A stretch of DNA of 64,000 bases from Octopus vulgaris (lineage: Eukaryota), in contig OX597816.1 in assembly GCA_951406725.2 (NCBI GenBank), positions 111,352,001-111,416,000 on the forward strand, in the 5' to 3' direction. Position 1 is the first letter of the stretch. Each line of letters opens with the position of its first letter. This document shows, one piece after another, positions 63,781-64,000 of the stretch. The position numbers and the translations under genes are program-made. The notes beneath the pieces are model-generated. The model was not told the DNA's origin. It saw only the letters and a list, made by a program, of their open reading frames with translations, and did not search any database.

Positions 63781-64000
63781 GGCGGCGAGCTGGCAGAAAC
63801 GTTAGCATGCCGGGCGAAATGCGTAGCCGTATTTCGTCTGCCGTTACGTTCTGGGTTCAAATTCCGCCGAGGCGACTTTGCCTTTCATCCTTTCGGGGTC
63901 GATAGATAAAGTACCAGTTTCGCGCTGGGGTCGATGTAATCAACTTTATCCCTTTGTCTGTCCTTGTTTGTCCCCTCTGTGTTTAGCCCCTTGTGGGTAG
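63781..64000 (+). mobile_element. tRNA-derived SINE (MetaSINE-like)
   Basis: Head ggcggcgagctggcagaaacgttagc, B-box GGTTCAAATTCC, central gcctttcatcctttcggggtcgata. Confidence 0.85.

Overview
AT-rich, microsatellite-saturated eukaryotic DNA. The SINE, Penelope and Dong repertoire looks like an octopus or other coleoid cephalopod (inference). I see no intact host gene, and most listed ORFs are translated microsatellites. The window is a stack of mobile elements. These include a non-coding LTR retrotransposon (tRNA-Trp PBS, PPT, 4-bp TSD GATG) inserted into the RT of an R4/Dong LINE, a near full-length Dong in a (TAA)n tract, three more Dong fragments, and a GC-rich CR1 LINE with an 861-aa ORF. 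There are also RTE remnants, DD37D and DD41D Tc1/mariner relics, MITEs, non-autonomous Helitrons, tRNA-derived SINEs and a U6 snRNA pseudogene. The most notable hidden layer is about 13 type I hammerhead-ribozyme motifs (9 well formed, 4 degenerate), several with non-canonical cores. They sit in Penelope-like or short non-coding fold-back elements that are almost always embedded in (TA)n. A tentative extra signal is a set of very decayed, co-oriented reflectin-like motifs in the unique spacer DNA.
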